Below, in pieces: positions 18,163-28,874 of a stretch of DNA of 64,000 bases. Position numbers and translations under genes: made by a program. Origin of the DNA: an uncultured Prevotellaceae bacterium (lineage in GTDB: Bacteria > Bacteroidota > Bacteroidia > Bacteroidales > Bacteroidaceae); NCBI GenBank assembly GCA_937910905.1, contig CALEPV010000066.1, positions 19,759 to 83,758 on the forward strand, written 5' to 3'. Numbering within the stretch: the stretch's first letter is position 1; each line of letters begins with the position of its first letter. The notes below the pieces were generated by a model, which was not told where the DNA came from, did no database searches, and was given only the letters and a program-made list of their open reading frames with translations.

Positions 18163-19374
18163 CTATTCCTGGACGGCCGGCTGCGGGGTCGGCTCTTTCC
18201 TAGTGGCCCGGCTGATAGATATCATCATGCCTATGTAGGCACAGTTCATCATCATCGACGAGCCGCCTCGACTGATCAGAGGCAACGGCTGGCCGGTGAT
18301 GGGCATCAGTCCGACGGCTACGAGCATGTTCACGCACGCCTGCACGGTGATGAGCAGAGCCAGCCCCATCATAATGTAGGCAGGGAAGTTGTTCTCGCAT
18401 CGTCGTGCCAGCTTGGCCGCTCGATAGAGCAGTATGATGTACATGGATATCACGACGAAGGCTCCCAGAATGCCCAGCTCCTCGATGATGATTGGGAAGA
18501 TGAAGTCGGAGTAGGCCTGTGGCAGGTCCTCGCGGACGCGCGAGTTGCCCGGGCCGCGGCCTATCACGTTGCATGTGGCTATGGCTATGCGGGGTTGCAG
18601 TATCTGCGGATTGGTGCTCAGATCGACGCTGTCGGGGTCGGCTGGGAAGGCTGTTGTGCTGCGCACACGGCCCGACCACGTCTTTACGCGGTGGAACACA
18701 GACACCTCCGAAATCTTATCTATCGCCGGCTCGGGTGTGTAGCGCAGGAACGAGTAGGCTGATGCGCCGGATATGACAATCACGCCGAACATTATGCCGA
18801 ACTCCTTGGCAGGCACCTTGCCTACGAACATCAGCATCATCACCACGAAGAACACGATGCCCGCTGTGGACAGGTTCTCGGGAGCTATGAGGGCGCAGGT
18901 GCATAGGGTGATACCCAGTATCCAGTAGAACGCACGCTTGGTGGCTCCGTGCTCATCGCGCATAGCGCCCAGCAGCCACGATACCACCACTATCAGCACG
19001 CCCTTGGCTATCTCGGACGGCTGCACGGAGAACCCTAGGATGCTCACCCATCGGGCGCCATCGTTAGCGCCCTTGGAGAATAGCGCTGCCAGGAGCAGTA
19101 CCAGGCTCAGCGGTACTCCGATGAGCACTATCCAGCCGTAGTAGCGGCTGGGTATACGTGAACATGCCCATGCCACCACCAGGCCCATAACCCAGTACCC
19201 GGCGTGCTGCATGATAGGGCGCCAGAACGCTGCATGGTTGTTGAATGTCATATTGCTTGAGGCACTGTATACTTCCAGAATAGACACTATACAGAAGCCC
19301 AGCAGCAGCACCCAGAGTGATGTGTCGCCATCGAAGAGCTTGCGCACGGATATGTTCTTATTGCTTACGGTCAT
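18163..19374 (-). CDS. ftsW: Peptidoglycan glycosyltransferase FtsW (SEDS family)
   Basis: Polytopic SEDS protein (...LPITGQPLPLISRGGSS...). dcw position. Confidence 0.9.
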   Translation of the reverse strand: MTVSNKNISVRKLFDGDTSLWVLLLGFCIVSILEVYSASSNMTFNNHAAFWRPIMQHAGYWVMGLVVAWACSRIPSRYYGWIVLIGVPLSLVLLLAALFSKGANDGARWVSILGFSVQPSEIAKGVLIVVVSWLLGAMRDEHGATKRAFYWILGITLCTCALIAPENLSTAGIVFFVVMMLMFVGKVPAKEFGIMFGVIVISGASAYSFLRYTPEPAIDKISEVSVFHRVKTWSGRVRSTTAFPADPDSVDLSTNPQILQPRIAIATCNVIGRGPGNSRVREDLPQAYSDFIFPIIIEELGILGAFVVISMYIILLYRAAKLARRCENNFPAYIMMGLALLITVQACVNMLVAVGLMPITGQPLPLISRGGSSMMMNCAYIGMMISISRATRKEPTPQPAVQE

Positions 19375-19392
19375 GGATCCAAAGTGTTGTGT

Positions 19393-20724
19393 TTATAGGT
19401 TGCGTACCAATGTCTTGAACTGCTCGCCGCGGTCCTCCATGTTCTTGAACAGGTCGAAGCTGGCGCAGCATGGCGAGAGCAGCACGGTGTCGCCATCGTG
19501 GGCCAGGCGTGCACACGCCTCAACGCACTCTGGCATGGAGTGTGTCTCGACCATCGGGATCCCCATCGGGTCGAAGAAGGCGTGCAGCTTGGAGTTGTCC
19601 ACACCGAGGAACACCAGTGCGCGGCACTTCGTGCGAACCAGTTCGCGTATGGCCTCGTAGTCGTTTCCTTTGTCCAGACCACCGAGGATGAGCACGGTGG
19701 GGGTGGTCATGCTCTCCAGTGCATACCAGCAGGCATCGACATTGGTGGCCTTGGAGTCGTTGATGTACTGTACGCCGTGCACCTTGCACACGCGCTCCAA
19801 GCGGTGCTCGACACCCTCGAAATCGGATAGCGAGGCGCGTATCACGTCGTTGCTGATGCCACTCAGGTCGGCTGTGATGCCAGCGGCCAGCGTGTTGTAC
19901 ATATTGTGCTTGCCCGACAGCGACAGCTCCTCCTGCTCCATGTTGAACGGGGTGGGGCGCTCTATGTGGTATTCGCCATCGGCGATATAGCCTATCATGC
20001 CCTCCTTCTTAACTATGCTGAACGGGCACATACGGCTCTCGATATGGTATTTCTCCAGTTCGTGCTTGATGATGGGGTCCTCGTTCCAGAACACGAAAGC
20101 GTCGTCGGCAGTCTGATTCTGGAGTATGCGCATCTTGGCGTCGGTGTACAGCTGCATCGATCCCTGATAGCGGTCCAGGTGGTCGGGCGTGATGTTCAGG
20201 AGTACTGCAATGTTTGCGCGGAAGTCGTACATATTGTCCAGCTGGAAGCTGCTCAGCTCGATGACGTAGTACTCGTGAGGCTCTTCAGCCACCTGCAGGG
20301 CCAGCGAGTTGCCTATGTTACCAGCCAGGCCAACATCGTAGCCAGCATTCTTGAAGATGTGGTAGATGAGGCTGGTGGTCGTTGTCTTGCCGTTGCTGCC
20401 AGTGATGCAGATCATCTTGCTGTCGGTGTAGCGGCCGGCAAACTCTATCTCGCTGATGATTGGGATGCCTGCGGCCTTCACCTTCTGCACCATCGGAGCC
20501 GTGTCGGGGATGCCTGGGCTCTTGATTACTTCGTTAGCATTGAGCACCAGCTGTTCGGTGTGGCCACCCTCCTCCCACGCTATGCCGCGTGCGTCGAGCA
20601 TCTCCTTGTAGTGGGGCTTAATGCGTCCCATGTCCGACACAAAGGTGTCGAAACCCTTCTTCTGTGCCAGTACAGCGGCTCCAACACCGCTCTCGGCTGC
20701 ACCTAATATAACTATTCTTGACAT
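19393..20724 (-). CDS. murD: UDP-N-acetylmuramoylalanine--D-glutamate ligase
   Basis: MSRIVILGAAESG and GSNGKTTT motifs. Start trimmed to ATG 20724, 17 nt after the mraY stop. Confidence 0.95.
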   Translation of the reverse strand: MSRIVILGAAESGVGAAVLAQKKGFDTFVSDMGRIKPHYKEMLDARGIAWEEGGHTEQLVLNANEVIKSPGIPDTAPMVQKVKAAGIPIISEIEFAGRYTDSKMICITGSNGKTTTTSLIYHIFKNAGYDVGLAGNIGNSLALQVAEEPHEYYVIELSSFQLDNMYDFRANIAVLLNITPDHLDRYQGSMQLYTDAKMRILQNQTADDAFVFWNEDPIIKHELEKYHIESRMCPFSIVKKEGMIGYIADGEYHIERPTPFNMEQEELSLSGKHNMYNTLAAGITADLSGISNDVIRASLSDFEGVEHRLERVCKVHGVQYINDSKATNVDACWYALESMTTPTVLILGGLDKGNDYEAIRELVRTKCRALVFLGVDNSKLHAFFDPMGIPMVETHSMPECVEACARLAHDGDTVLLSPCCASFDLFKNMEDRGEQFKTLVRNL

Positions 20725-20741
20725 TTTCCAGTGTGTTAGCA

Positions 20742-22217
20742 TTATCGAATCTTCAGCGTTGCGACAGCTATGGCGCACGCTATGATAGTTATTATCCAGA
20801 AGCGCACGGTCACCTTGTTGTCGTTCCAGCGGCCGCGGGGCCAGTCGATGATGAACTTCAGGTCGGGGTTGCTGGCCAGCAGCTGCTCGGTACTGTAGCG
20901 GAATGTATCGTGGATGGGGGCACGCTTGAACAGGCGTATCTTCTTGCCTGTAGGGTTGCCGCGGCGGTTGTCGCGCTTGGCTACGGCCGTCTGGAAGAAC
21001 GATGAGAGGGTCTCGGCAATGAAGATGAAGCAGATGAAGAATAGCAGTAGCTCCTTATGGATAATCACGGCTGTGACAGCCATGATGCTACCTATGGTGA
21101 GGCTTCCAGTGTCGCCCATCCACATCTGTGCCTCCGATGCGTTATACCACAGGAAGCCTATCATTGCACCCACGCACGCCAGTAGGAAAATCACTAGTTC
21201 CTCGCTGCCGGGCACGTACATTATATTAAGGTATGAGGCCAATGCTATGTGCGACGATACGTAGGCCAGTATCGCCAACGTCAGGAACATGATTGACGAG
21301 TTGCCGACACACATACCGTCCATGCCGTCGTTGAGGTTGGCACCGTTGGAGATGAGCATTACGAAGAACAGCGTAACGCCCACAAACAGTATCCATCCTG
21401 CCACATGACGATATTCTCCAAGGAATGAAAGGATGCCTCCATAGCTGATGTTATGCTCCTTCACAAACGGTATAGTGGTCATGTTGCTCTTCACGGGCTC
21501 GCTCTTCATCATCACTGTCTGTCCCTGCTGACGCTCCACGGTGACATTCTCGTGGATTACAGCGTCTGGGCTCAGCCACAGTGTGAGGCCTACGGCAAGG
21601 CCCAGCAGACCCTGACCCAGCAGCTTGGTCAACGGACGGATGCCGTCCTTGGCATTGGGGCTGACTAGCATGTTCAGACTGCTCAGCTGGCGTGCATCCT
21701 CGACAGTGTCAAAGTGCTTGAACACTGGCATCTTGCCCTTGCGCTCTTCGGAGTAGATTACATCAAGGTCGGAGAGGTCCTGGATGTCGGCCGGCTTGCT
21801 GATACCACGCTCACGCAACTGCCGTAGAGCCAGGCGTATGATGCGGGACGCCTTGATCTTCTTCCAGTCGTCCATGAAGCCGAACAGCCCCATCCACACT
21901 GTTGTGCCAAGCATAAGGAGCATGTAGATGTTGCGCAAGCGGCCCAGCAGCAATGTCGGTATGATGATGGCCAGTATGATGACCAGCCCGCCCATCGACG
22001 GAACACGACGTGGTCGTGAGAAGGGGTCGATGTCGGCCGAGCGCGGCTCCTCGTAGAAGTCGTGGCGCTGCATCCACTTGATGAAGTACTCACCAAGCCA
22101 CATGGATATAATCAACGAGAGCACCAGCGTGAGCAGTGCGCGGAAGCTGATGTAGCTCCACAGATGTGCGCCGGGTATGCCGTATTCGCTTAGATATCGG
22201 AACAGATAGTATAGCAT
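20742..22217 (-). CDS. mraY: Phospho-N-acetylmuramoyl-pentapeptide transferase
   Basis: NGANLNDGMDGM and MGDTGSL motifs. ATG 22217 (MLYYLFRYL) is preferred over the TTG at 22250. Unusually long at 491 aa. Confidence 0.93.
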   Translation of the reverse strand: MLYYLFRYLSEYGIPGAHLWSYISFRALLTLVLSLIISMWLGEYFIKWMQRHDFYEEPRSADIDPFSRPRRVPSMGGLVIILAIIIPTLLLGRLRNIYMLLMLGTTVWMGLFGFMDDWKKIKASRIIRLALRQLRERGISKPADIQDLSDLDVIYSEERKGKMPVFKHFDTVEDARQLSSLNMLVSPNAKDGIRPLTKLLGQGLLGLAVGLTLWLSPDAVIHENVTVERQQGQTVMMKSEPVKSNMTTIPFVKEHNISYGGILSFLGEYRHVAGWILFVGVTLFFVMLISNGANLNDGMDGMCVGNSSIMFLTLAILAYVSSHIALASYLNIMYVPGSEELVIFLLACVGAMIGFLWYNASEAQMWMGDTGSLTIGSIMAVTAVIIHKELLLFFICFIFIAETLSSFFQTAVAKRDNRRGNPTGKKIRLFKRAPIHDTFRYSTEQLLASNPDLKFIIDWPRGRWNDNKVTVRFWIITIIACAIAVATLKIR

Positions 22218-22239
22218 GACAGGATGGAGTCTGTATTTG

Positions 22240-23691
22240 TTATAGTCCAAAGGCTTCGCGTACCACCTCGTGGTCGTCGAAGTGATGCTTTACGCCTTGC
22301 ACGTCCTGGTAGTCCTCGTGTCCCTTGCCTGCGATGAGAATCACATCACCCGGGCGTGCCATCATGCAGGCAGTGCGTATGGCCTCGCGACGGTCCACGA
22401 TACTGATTACATGTTGCATGTCGTCGGCAGTGAGGCCGGCCAGCATGTCGTTGATGATGTCTTGCGGTTCCTCGAAGCGCGGATTGTCGGACGTGATGAT
22501 GACACGCGAGGATGCACGCACTGCCGACTGCGCCATGAGCGGGCGCTTGCCCTTGTCGCGATTGCCGCCTGCGCCGCACACGGTGATGCACTGAGCGGGG
22601 GCCTTGAGTATTTCGTTGATGGTCTGCAGCACGTTGTCCAGTGCATCGGGGGTGTGCGCATAGTCCACAATGGCAGTCACGCCCTGCTTGGAACGTATGG
22701 CTTCGAAGCGGCCATTGACAGGATGGAGCGTGCTCAGCTTCAGCAGCACTTCCTCTGGCAGCTGTCCCAGAGCGCACGCCGCGCTGTAGACAGCCAGCAG
22801 GTTGCTCACATTGAAGCGGCCTATGAACTGTACGAACACCTCGTGACCGTCCATCTGCAGGTTCATGCCGTCGAAGCTCTCCTCCAGTATGCGGGCACGG
22901 TGGTCGGCCATGCTGTGCAGGCTGTATGTGATGACCTTGGCTGCGGTGTTCTGTACGATGAACATTCCATTCTTGTCGTCGGCATTGGTCACTGCGAATG
23001 CGGTCTTCGGCAACAGGTCGAAGAAGCCCTTTTTGGCGTCGCGATAGGCCTCGAAGGTCTTGTGATAGTCGAGGTGGTCGCGTGTCAGGTTGGTGAAGAT
23101 ACCGCCTGCGAAGTGAAGTCCGGCGATGCGGTGCTGCACCACGCTGTGCGAGCTGACCTCCATGAAGGCGTAGTCGCAGCCTGCTGCAACCATTTCTGCC
23201 AGCAGCGCGTTGAGCGTTATGGGGTCGGGCGTTGTGTGGTCGGTGGGGTGAGCGGTCTCGCACACATAGTTGCACACTGTGGACAGCAGGCCGGCTCGGT
23301 AGCCGAGCGCCATGAATGTACGGTACAGCAGCGTGGCTATTGTGGTCTTGCCGTTGGTGCCTGTCACGCCGACGAGTGTCAACTGTTGCGACGGACGGCC
23401 GTAGAACTCACTGGCCATGATGCCCACGGATGCCTCGGTGTCGGCCACCTGCACGTAGGTCACTCCGTCAGCGCAGTCGGCGGGCATGTCTTGGCACACT
23501 ATGGCCGATGCCCCAGCTTCAACAGCCTTGGGGATGAACTGATGGCCGTCCATGCTGGTGCCCTTCACGGCAAAGAACAGTGAGCCGGCCTGCACCTTGC
23601 GGGAGTCGAGGCACAGCTGTGTGATTTCGACATCGGCATTGCCCACAACTGCCAGCGTTGCCGACTGTGATATAATCTGTGATAGTTGCAT
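22240..23691 (-). CDS. murE: UDP-N-acetylmuramoyl-L-alanyl-D-glutamate--2,6-diaminopimelate ligase
   Basis: [10 protein letters not shown] and DNPR motifs. dcw position. Confidence 0.95.
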   Translation of the reverse strand: MQLSQIISQSATLAVVGNADVEITQLCLDSRKVQAGSLFFAVKGTSMDGHQFIPKAVEAGASAIVCQDMPADCADGVTYVQVADTEASVGIMASEFYGRPSQQLTLVGVTGTNGKTTIATLLYRTFMALGYRAGLLSTVCNYVCETAHPTDHTTPDPITLNALLAEMVAAGCDYAFMEVSSHSVVQHRIAGLHFAGGIFTNLTRDHLDYHKTFEAYRDAKKGFFDLLPKTAFAVTNADDKNGMFIVQNTAAKVITYSLHSMADHRARILEESFDGMNLQMDGHEVFVQFIGRFNVSNLLAVYSAACALGQLPEEVLLKLSTLHPVNGRFEAIRSKQGVTAIVDYAHTPDALDNVLQTINEILKAPAQCITVCGAGGNRDKGKRPLMAQSAVRASSRVIITSDNPRFEEPQDIINDMLAGLTADDMQHVISIVDRREAIRTACMMARPGDVILIAGKGHEDYQDVQGVKHHFDDHEVVREAFGL

Positions 23692-23730
23692 ATCTGTTGT
23701 ATGGTCTTGGTTACATTGTTAGTCCTTGCA

Positions 23731-25863
23731 TCATAGGCTCAGCTGCAGTCGCACCTGCTGTCCACGGGTCACGGTGGCACCTGCGGGTATGCTCTGGGAG
23801 CGTACACGACCGTTGCCCGTGACGGCTACGGTGAGGCCGCAGCGCTCGAGCAGTGCCACTGCATCGCGTGCTCCCATGCCTACTACGTCGGGCACTCGGT
23901 CGGATGGGATGGTGTCTATGCGCTGTAGAGTGGCATCGTCGTTGCTCACTGCCAGCTGCGACATTACGGTCGTGGTGGTGGTCACTTCGCCGTTCAGCAC
24001 CAGTGGTGTTGCCACTGCAGCAGAATCTGAGGCCTCGTTGATGTTGCGGAACACGCCTGTGTTCATCACATAGTCGGCCACTTCCTTGAACACCGGACCG
24101 GACACCTGTCCGCCCGATGCCGGGCCTCCATGCTGCACGAAGCACACTATGCAGCTATACTTAGGCGCCTCGGAGGGGTAGAACCCACAGAAGCTGAGCA
24201 GGTAGCGCATCGGCAGATACTTATAGCCTCGTGCACCGTCGGCAATCTTCGCCGTGCCGGTCTTGCCGCTCACGTGGAAACCATCGCCGTGGGCTGCCTT
24301 GCCCAGCCCGCCCTCTTCGTTCACTACCTTATATAATATATTACGCACGTTGGTCAGTGTCTGCGGCGAGCATATCTGCTCCTTCAGCACCTGTGGCGGG
24401 AACTCCTGAACGACCTGTCCGTTCTTGGTCACCGCGCTCACAAAGCGTGGACGCATCATCCGGCCGTTGTTTGCAATGGCATTGTAGAACGATACGGTCG
24501 AGATGGGAGGCAGCATGGTTTCGTACCCGATGCTTGACCAAGGCAGGCTCACGGCATTGCGCTTGTGCGGGTCGGGATCTGGACGGCGCACACGTGGCGC
24601 ACGGGCTTCGCGGAACGGAAGACCCAACGGGATACCCATGCCTTCACGGAATAGCCCGTCGACGAATCGTTCCGGGTGTGCTCCGTAGGCACGGTCTATC
24701 AGCACGCTGACACCGATGTTCGACGACTTCTTCATTATCTCAGTTAGGTCGAGGAACGTATGGTAGCCGCCGGAGCTAGCGTTGTGGTCCGTCATGCGCA
24801 TCTTGTGCATGATAAGCACGCCGTTGCCCACGTCCACACCATCGGTCATCTTGATGAGGCCGTCCTCCAGGCCCACCATGATGGAAGCCGTCTTGAATGT
24901 GGAGCCCGGCTCCCATGCGTCGGAGATGACGTTATTACGTATCTCCTCCAGCGAGCCGTCGGCTTTGCGTGTGATGCTGGCCATAGCCTTGACATCGCCT
25001 GTTGCAGCTTCCATGAGCACTATCATGCCAAGCTCTGTGTTGGGGCGGTTCTGCATCTGCCGGCGTATGGCTTTCTCGGCTGCATCCTGCATCCGGACAT
25101 CAATGGTTGTCACGATGTCCATGCCATCGACGGGTGCCAGGTCTATCTGATAGGTCCACTCGGCGCGCTTGCGCACCAGATGCTGGCGGCCGTCGGTGCC
25201 TCGGAGTATGGAGTCGAATGCCAGTTCGAGGCCGTCAAGAGCCTGGCCATCGCCGTTGAGCAGGCCCAGGGTCTTGTTGGCCATGTTCTCGAATGGGCGC
25301 AGGCGGCGCATTACATGCGAGGAGTAGAAGCCTGATTTCGACACAGGCAGACGCAGGTAAGGCAGCTCGCAGCAGCGCTTGTAGTCTATATAGCTCACAT
25401 TGCGGCGGAACTCGCAGTTGCGTCCGCGCTTTGTGGGGTCGTTCTTGTCGGGCATGAAGCCATGCTCCAGCTTTGCGCGGAAGCTCTCTATGCTCTCATC
25501 GGGGAATATCTCGTGCAGGCCTATGCACAGCGAGTCGAGGTCGGCAATGAAGGTTGAGTCGCGCTTGAGCTGTGATTTCTGCTCCTGTTTAGGGTGCTCT
25601 GGATCAACAACCTTGAAGTCGATGTGCAGGGTATATATAGGTATGGAGCCCACCAGCATCTGTCCGTCGGCCGAGTAGATGTTGCCTCGCACTGCGGGTA
25701 TGGGCTTCTGCTGCTTCTCCAGACGCTCTTTCACACGAGCCCAGTAGTCACTCTCTGTCAGCATGTCGTGGGCGGCCTGATACAGAATGACAATACCTAT
25801 GATGGTGATCGCGAGTACGACAACCATATAGCGTGGTATGGCGTTTTTGCTGTCGAATTTCAT
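23731..25863 (-). CDS. ftsI: Penicillin-binding protein 3-type transpeptidase with C-terminal PASTA-like region
   Basis: 710 aa. N-terminal TM, STFK active-site motif (GSTFKT) and KTGTA motif. dcw position. Confidence 0.9.
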   Translation of the reverse strand: MKFDSKNAIPRYMVVVLAITIIGIVILYQAAHDMLTESDYWARVKERLEKQQKPIPAVRGNIYSADGQMLVGSIPIYTLHIDFKVVDPEHPKQEQKSQLKRDSTFIADLDSLCIGLHEIFPDESIESFRAKLEHGFMPDKNDPTKRGRNCEFRRNVSYIDYKRCCELPYLRLPVSKSGFYSSHVMRRLRPFENMANKTLGLLNGDGQALDGLELAFDSILRGTDGRQHLVRKRAEWTYQIDLAPVDGMDIVTTIDVRMQDAAEKAIRRQMQNRPNTELGMIVLMEAATGDVKAMASITRKADGSLEEIRNNVISDAWEPGSTFKTASIMVGLEDGLIKMTDGVDVGNGVLIMHKMRMTDHNASSGGYHTFLDLTEIMKKSSNIGVSVLIDRAYGAHPERFVDGLFREGMGIPLGLPFREARAPRVRRPDPDPHKRNAVSLPWSSIGYETMLPPISTVSFYNAIANNGRMMRPRFVSAVTKNGQVVQEFPPQVLKEQICSPQTLTNVRNILYKVVNEEGGLGKAAHGDGFHVSGKTGTAKIADGARGYKYLPMRYLLSFCGFYPSEAPKYSCIVCFVQHGGPASGGQVSGPVFKEVADYVMNTGVFRNINEASDSAAVATPLVLNGEVTTTTTVMSQLAVSNDDATLQRIDTIPSDRVPDVVGMGARDAVALLERCGLTVAVTGNGRVRSQSIPAGATVTRGQQVRLQLSL

Positions 25864-25889
25864 TGTGGTGGTGTCGGGCTAGTGGGTTG

Positions 25890-26465
25890 TTATTGGTCGG
25901 ATATGCGTATTACGAAAGGTGGCTTGCGTGGTACTATGAGGGTGCTGTCGCCCATCTGCCGCAGTCGTTTCTCCAGCTCGCTCTGTCGGCTCATGCCCGT
26001 GAGCTTAGTGAACTGTACCAGCGACAGCGTGCGCTGGTGCTCCAGCTCCTTCTGCAGGTGAACGACCTCCAGCTCTGTCTGCTCGGCGTGGTAGCGGTTG
26101 GTGATATAGCACACGGCCATGAATGCCAGCAGGAGCACGTATGGCAGCTGCTTGAGTATGAACTCCTTGCTCAGGAATTCGCCTGTGATGAAGCCGTTGA
26201 GTGTGTCTAGCGGCAGCTCCTCGCGTATCATACGGCCTATACTGCGCTTACCATCGGGCACATCGGTCTCGGGTGCCTCCTGTTCGGGGGCATCGGCATC
26301 GGTGTCATCTTCTGTGGCTGGTGGGTCTACGGTATAGTCCTCTTCGATGACGTAACTGCTCTCCTCGTCAACATCGCTGCCGGTGTCGCTGGTCTCGGCC
26401 AGTGGCACATCGTCGTGTTCGTCAAGTGGCATACCGCTCTCCAAGGCATTGTCCTTGATTAGCAT
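25890..26465 (-). CDS. FtsL-like cell division protein with long acidic N-terminal extension
   Basis: Position between rsmH and ftsI. Single TM (LPYVLLLAFMAVCYI) followed by a coiled coil. About 80 aa of D/E-rich N-terminus. Confidence 0.55.
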   Translation of the reverse strand: MLIKDNALESGMPLDEHDDVPLAETSDTGSDVDEESSYVIEEDYTVDPPATEDDTDADAPEQEAPETDVPDGKRSIGRMIREELPLDTLNGFITGEFLSKEFILKQLPYVLLLAFMAVCYITNRYHAEQTELEVVHLQKELEHQRTLSLVQFTKLTGMSRQSELEKRLRQMGDSTLIVPRKPPFVIRISDQ

Positions 26466-26543
26466 GTCTCCTTTTTCTACTCCTTATTATATATTATAGT
26501 CTCGGCCGGTGTCTGCTTCACCGCCGGTATGTGTGCTGTTGCG

Positions 26544-27473
26544 CTATGCTTTCTCCGCTACCCGCAGGCGTGCGCTGCGGCTGCGAGGGTTGTCCTGCTG
26601 CTCCTGCTCTGATGGCTGCACCGGCTTGCCCACTGCCCGCAGGGGTGTTGTGGCGTGACCGTAGATGTCCTGCGTGGGCTGGTCATCGGCTGCTGCGGCA
26701 CGTATGTGGTGCTTCACTATCCGGTCTTCGAGCGAGTGGTAGCTCATCACCACCAGCCGTCCGCCGGGCCTAAGCAGCTCTGTGGCCTGTGTCAGCATCT
26801 GCTGCAGGGCCTCCATCTCGGCGTTCACCTCGATGCGCAATGCCTGAAACACTTTGGCCAGATCCTTGCGCTCGCGATCGGGACCCAGTATCGGGCTTGC
26901 CAGCTGTGCTAGCTCGCCGGTGGTGGCCAGTTCGCTGCTCTGCCGCTGCCGTACTATCGCCTTGGCCAGCCTGTGGGCTTGCTTCAGCTCTCCGTACAGG
27001 CGGAAGATGTCGGTCAGCTGCTGCTCAGAGTAGGTGTTCACCACGTGGGCTGCTGTGCGTCGTGCCTGCTGGTTCATGCGCATGTCCAGCGGGGCATCGA
27101 AGCGGAAACTGAAGCCGCGCTCGCTCTGGTCGAAATGGTGGCTCGACACGCCCAGGTCGGCCAGCAGGCCATCGATGGCTTTAATCTCGTAGTAGCGCAT
27201 CCAGTTCTTGAGGTAACGGAAGTTGGAACGTACGAGTGTCCACTGGCTCGCTTGCGTCGTGTCGTCGTGTGCTGACTGCTCGGCATGGGCTATGGCATCG
27301 GCATCTTGGTCGAAGCTGAACAGCCTGCCTGCGGCATTCAGATGCTGTAGAATCGCTCTGCTGTGGCCGCCACCGCCAAGGGTTACGTCCACGTATACGC
27401 CATCGGGCTTGATGGCTAAGGCTTCGATAGCCTCATTGAGCATTACAGGCACATGATACTGCTCGTATTCCAT
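26544..27473 (-). CDS. rsmH: 16S rRNA (cytosine1402-N4)-methyltransferase
   Basis: YHVPVMLNEAIEAL...DVTLGGGGHS motifs. Start trimmed to MEYEQYHVPVM at 27473. Confidence 0.93.
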   Translation of the reverse strand: MEYEQYHVPVMLNEAIEALAIKPDGVYVDVTLGGGGHSRAILQHLNAAGRLFSFDQDADAIAHAEQSAHDDTTQASQWTLVRSNFRYLKNWMRYYEIKAIDGLLADLGVSSHHFDQSERGFSFRFDAPLDMRMNQQARRTAAHVVNTYSEQQLTDIFRLYGELKQAHRLAKAIVRQRQSSELATTGELAQLASPILGPDRERKDLAKVFQALRIEVNAEMEALQQMLTQATELLRPGGRLVVMSYHSLEDRIVKHHIRAAAADDQPTQDIYGHATTPLRAVGKPVQPSEQEQQDNPRSRSARLRVAEKA

Positions 27474-27557
27474 TGCCGCAAAGTTACGACAAATCCAACT
27501 AACCAGCACAATGAATCGGCAACTATTTTGCAAAGTTTATATAGCTGCCTGCTGTAC

Positions 27558-27581
27558 AACACTTTATGAGGCTAAAGTGTT
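27558..27581. terminator. Stem-loop between the sufS stop and the rsmH start
   Basis: 9-bp stem AACACTTTA / TAAAGTGTT, 6-nt loop. No clear U-tract. Confidence 0.3.
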
Positions 27582-27611
27582 GGTTTAACTTCAATGTGAA
27601 AAAATGGAGCC

Positions 27612-28823
27612 TTAGGCGAACATGCGGGCCACTCGGCGTATGCCTGCAACCAGCGTGTCGACCTCCTGACGGGTGTTGTACAGCGCGAATGATGCACGCA
27701 CTGTGCCTTCCACTCCCATGCGGTGCATCAGTGGCTCAGCACAATGGTGGCCTGTACGCACGGCTATGCCCAGGCGGTCGAGCAGTGTTCCGAGGTCGAG
27801 ATGATGTATGTTGCCTACAAGGAAGCTGACCACGGCATCATCGGACGGGCCTATGAATCTCATGCCGTCGATGCTGGCCATCTGCTGCCGCGCATAGACG
27901 GTGAGGCCGTGCTCGTGGGCCTCGATGTCGCTCCAGCCCAGGGCCGACACGTAGTCGAGCGCACGTGCCAGGCCTGTGGTGGCCACGTAGTCGGGGGTGC
28001 CGGCCTCGAACTTGTAGGGCAGTTGGTTGAAGGTGGTGCGCTCGAAGCTCACGCGGTCTATCATCTCGCCGCCGCCCATGTAAGGTGGCATACGGTCCAG
28101 CCACTGCTCCTTGCCGTAGAGCACGCCGATGCCCGTAGGGCCGTACACCTTGTGTCCGCTGAATGCCAGGAAGTCGCAGTCGAGCTGCTGCACGTCTATA
28201 GCCATGTGCGGAACGCTCTGGGCAGCATCGACCAGCACTGGCACATCGTGGGCGTGGGCCATTGCTATGACCTCGCGTATGGGGTTGACAGTACCCATCA
28301 CATTGGACACATGACAAAGGCTTACGAGGCGCGTCCTGGGTGTGAACAGGCGCTCCAGCGTTGCCAGGTCCAGCCTGCCCTCGTCGGTGATGGGGCATAC
28401 CTTGATGCTTATGTCCCTGCGCGACTGCAGCAGCTGCCATGGCACGATGTTGGAATGGTGCTCCATCTCGCTGACTATCACCTCGTCGCCGGCCTGCATT
28501 AGCGCCTGACCGAAGCATGATGCCACTAGGTTGATGCTCTCTGTGGTGCCGCGGGTGAAGACAATCTCGGTCGTGGAGCTGGCGTTGATGAACTGCCTGA
28601 CGGTCTCGCGTGCCTGCTCGTGCAGCTCGGTGGCCTGCTGCGACAGGAAGTGCACGCCGCGGTGCACATTGGCGTTGACGTTGAGGTACTCGTCGGTCAT
28701 GGCATCGACCACGCAGCGCGGTTTCTGTGTTGTGGCCCCGTTGTCGAGGTATATCAGCGGGTGTCCGTACACCTCGCGCCCCAGTATCGGGAAGTCCTGG
28801 CGTATGCGTTCTATATCGTACAT
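27612..28823 (-). CDS. sufS: Cysteine desulfurase, SufS subfamily
   Basis: YLDNGATTQKP, SGHKVYGPTGIG (PLP lysine) and RTGHHCAEP motifs. Start trimmed to MYDIERIRQDF at 28823. Confidence 0.92.
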   Translation of the reverse strand: MYDIERIRQDFPILGREVYGHPLIYLDNGATTQKPRCVVDAMTDEYLNVNANVHRGVHFLSQQATELHEQARETVRQFINASSTTEIVFTRGTTESINLVASCFGQALMQAGDEVIVSEMEHHSNIVPWQLLQSRRDISIKVCPITDEGRLDLATLERLFTPRTRLVSLCHVSNVMGTVNPIREVIAMAHAHDVPVLVDAAQSVPHMAIDVQQLDCDFLAFSGHKVYGPTGIGVLYGKEQWLDRMPPYMGGGEMIDRVSFERTTFNQLPYKFEAGTPDYVATTGLARALDYVSALGWSDIEAHEHGLTVYARQQMASIDGMRFIGPSDDAVVSFLVGNIHHLDLGTLLDRLGIAVRTGHHCAEPLMHRMGVEGTVRASFALYNTRQEVDTLVAGIRRVARMFA

Positions 28824-28874
28824 TTTGTAGCTGTGATGTGGGGTCTTGTGTTGTAGCCTGTTGTGGGGTGGAAG

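Noticed and set aside
22270-23583. 437-aa ORF on the plus strand
   Set aside because: It is antisense to murE and has a biased composition. It is a GC-rich antisense artefact.
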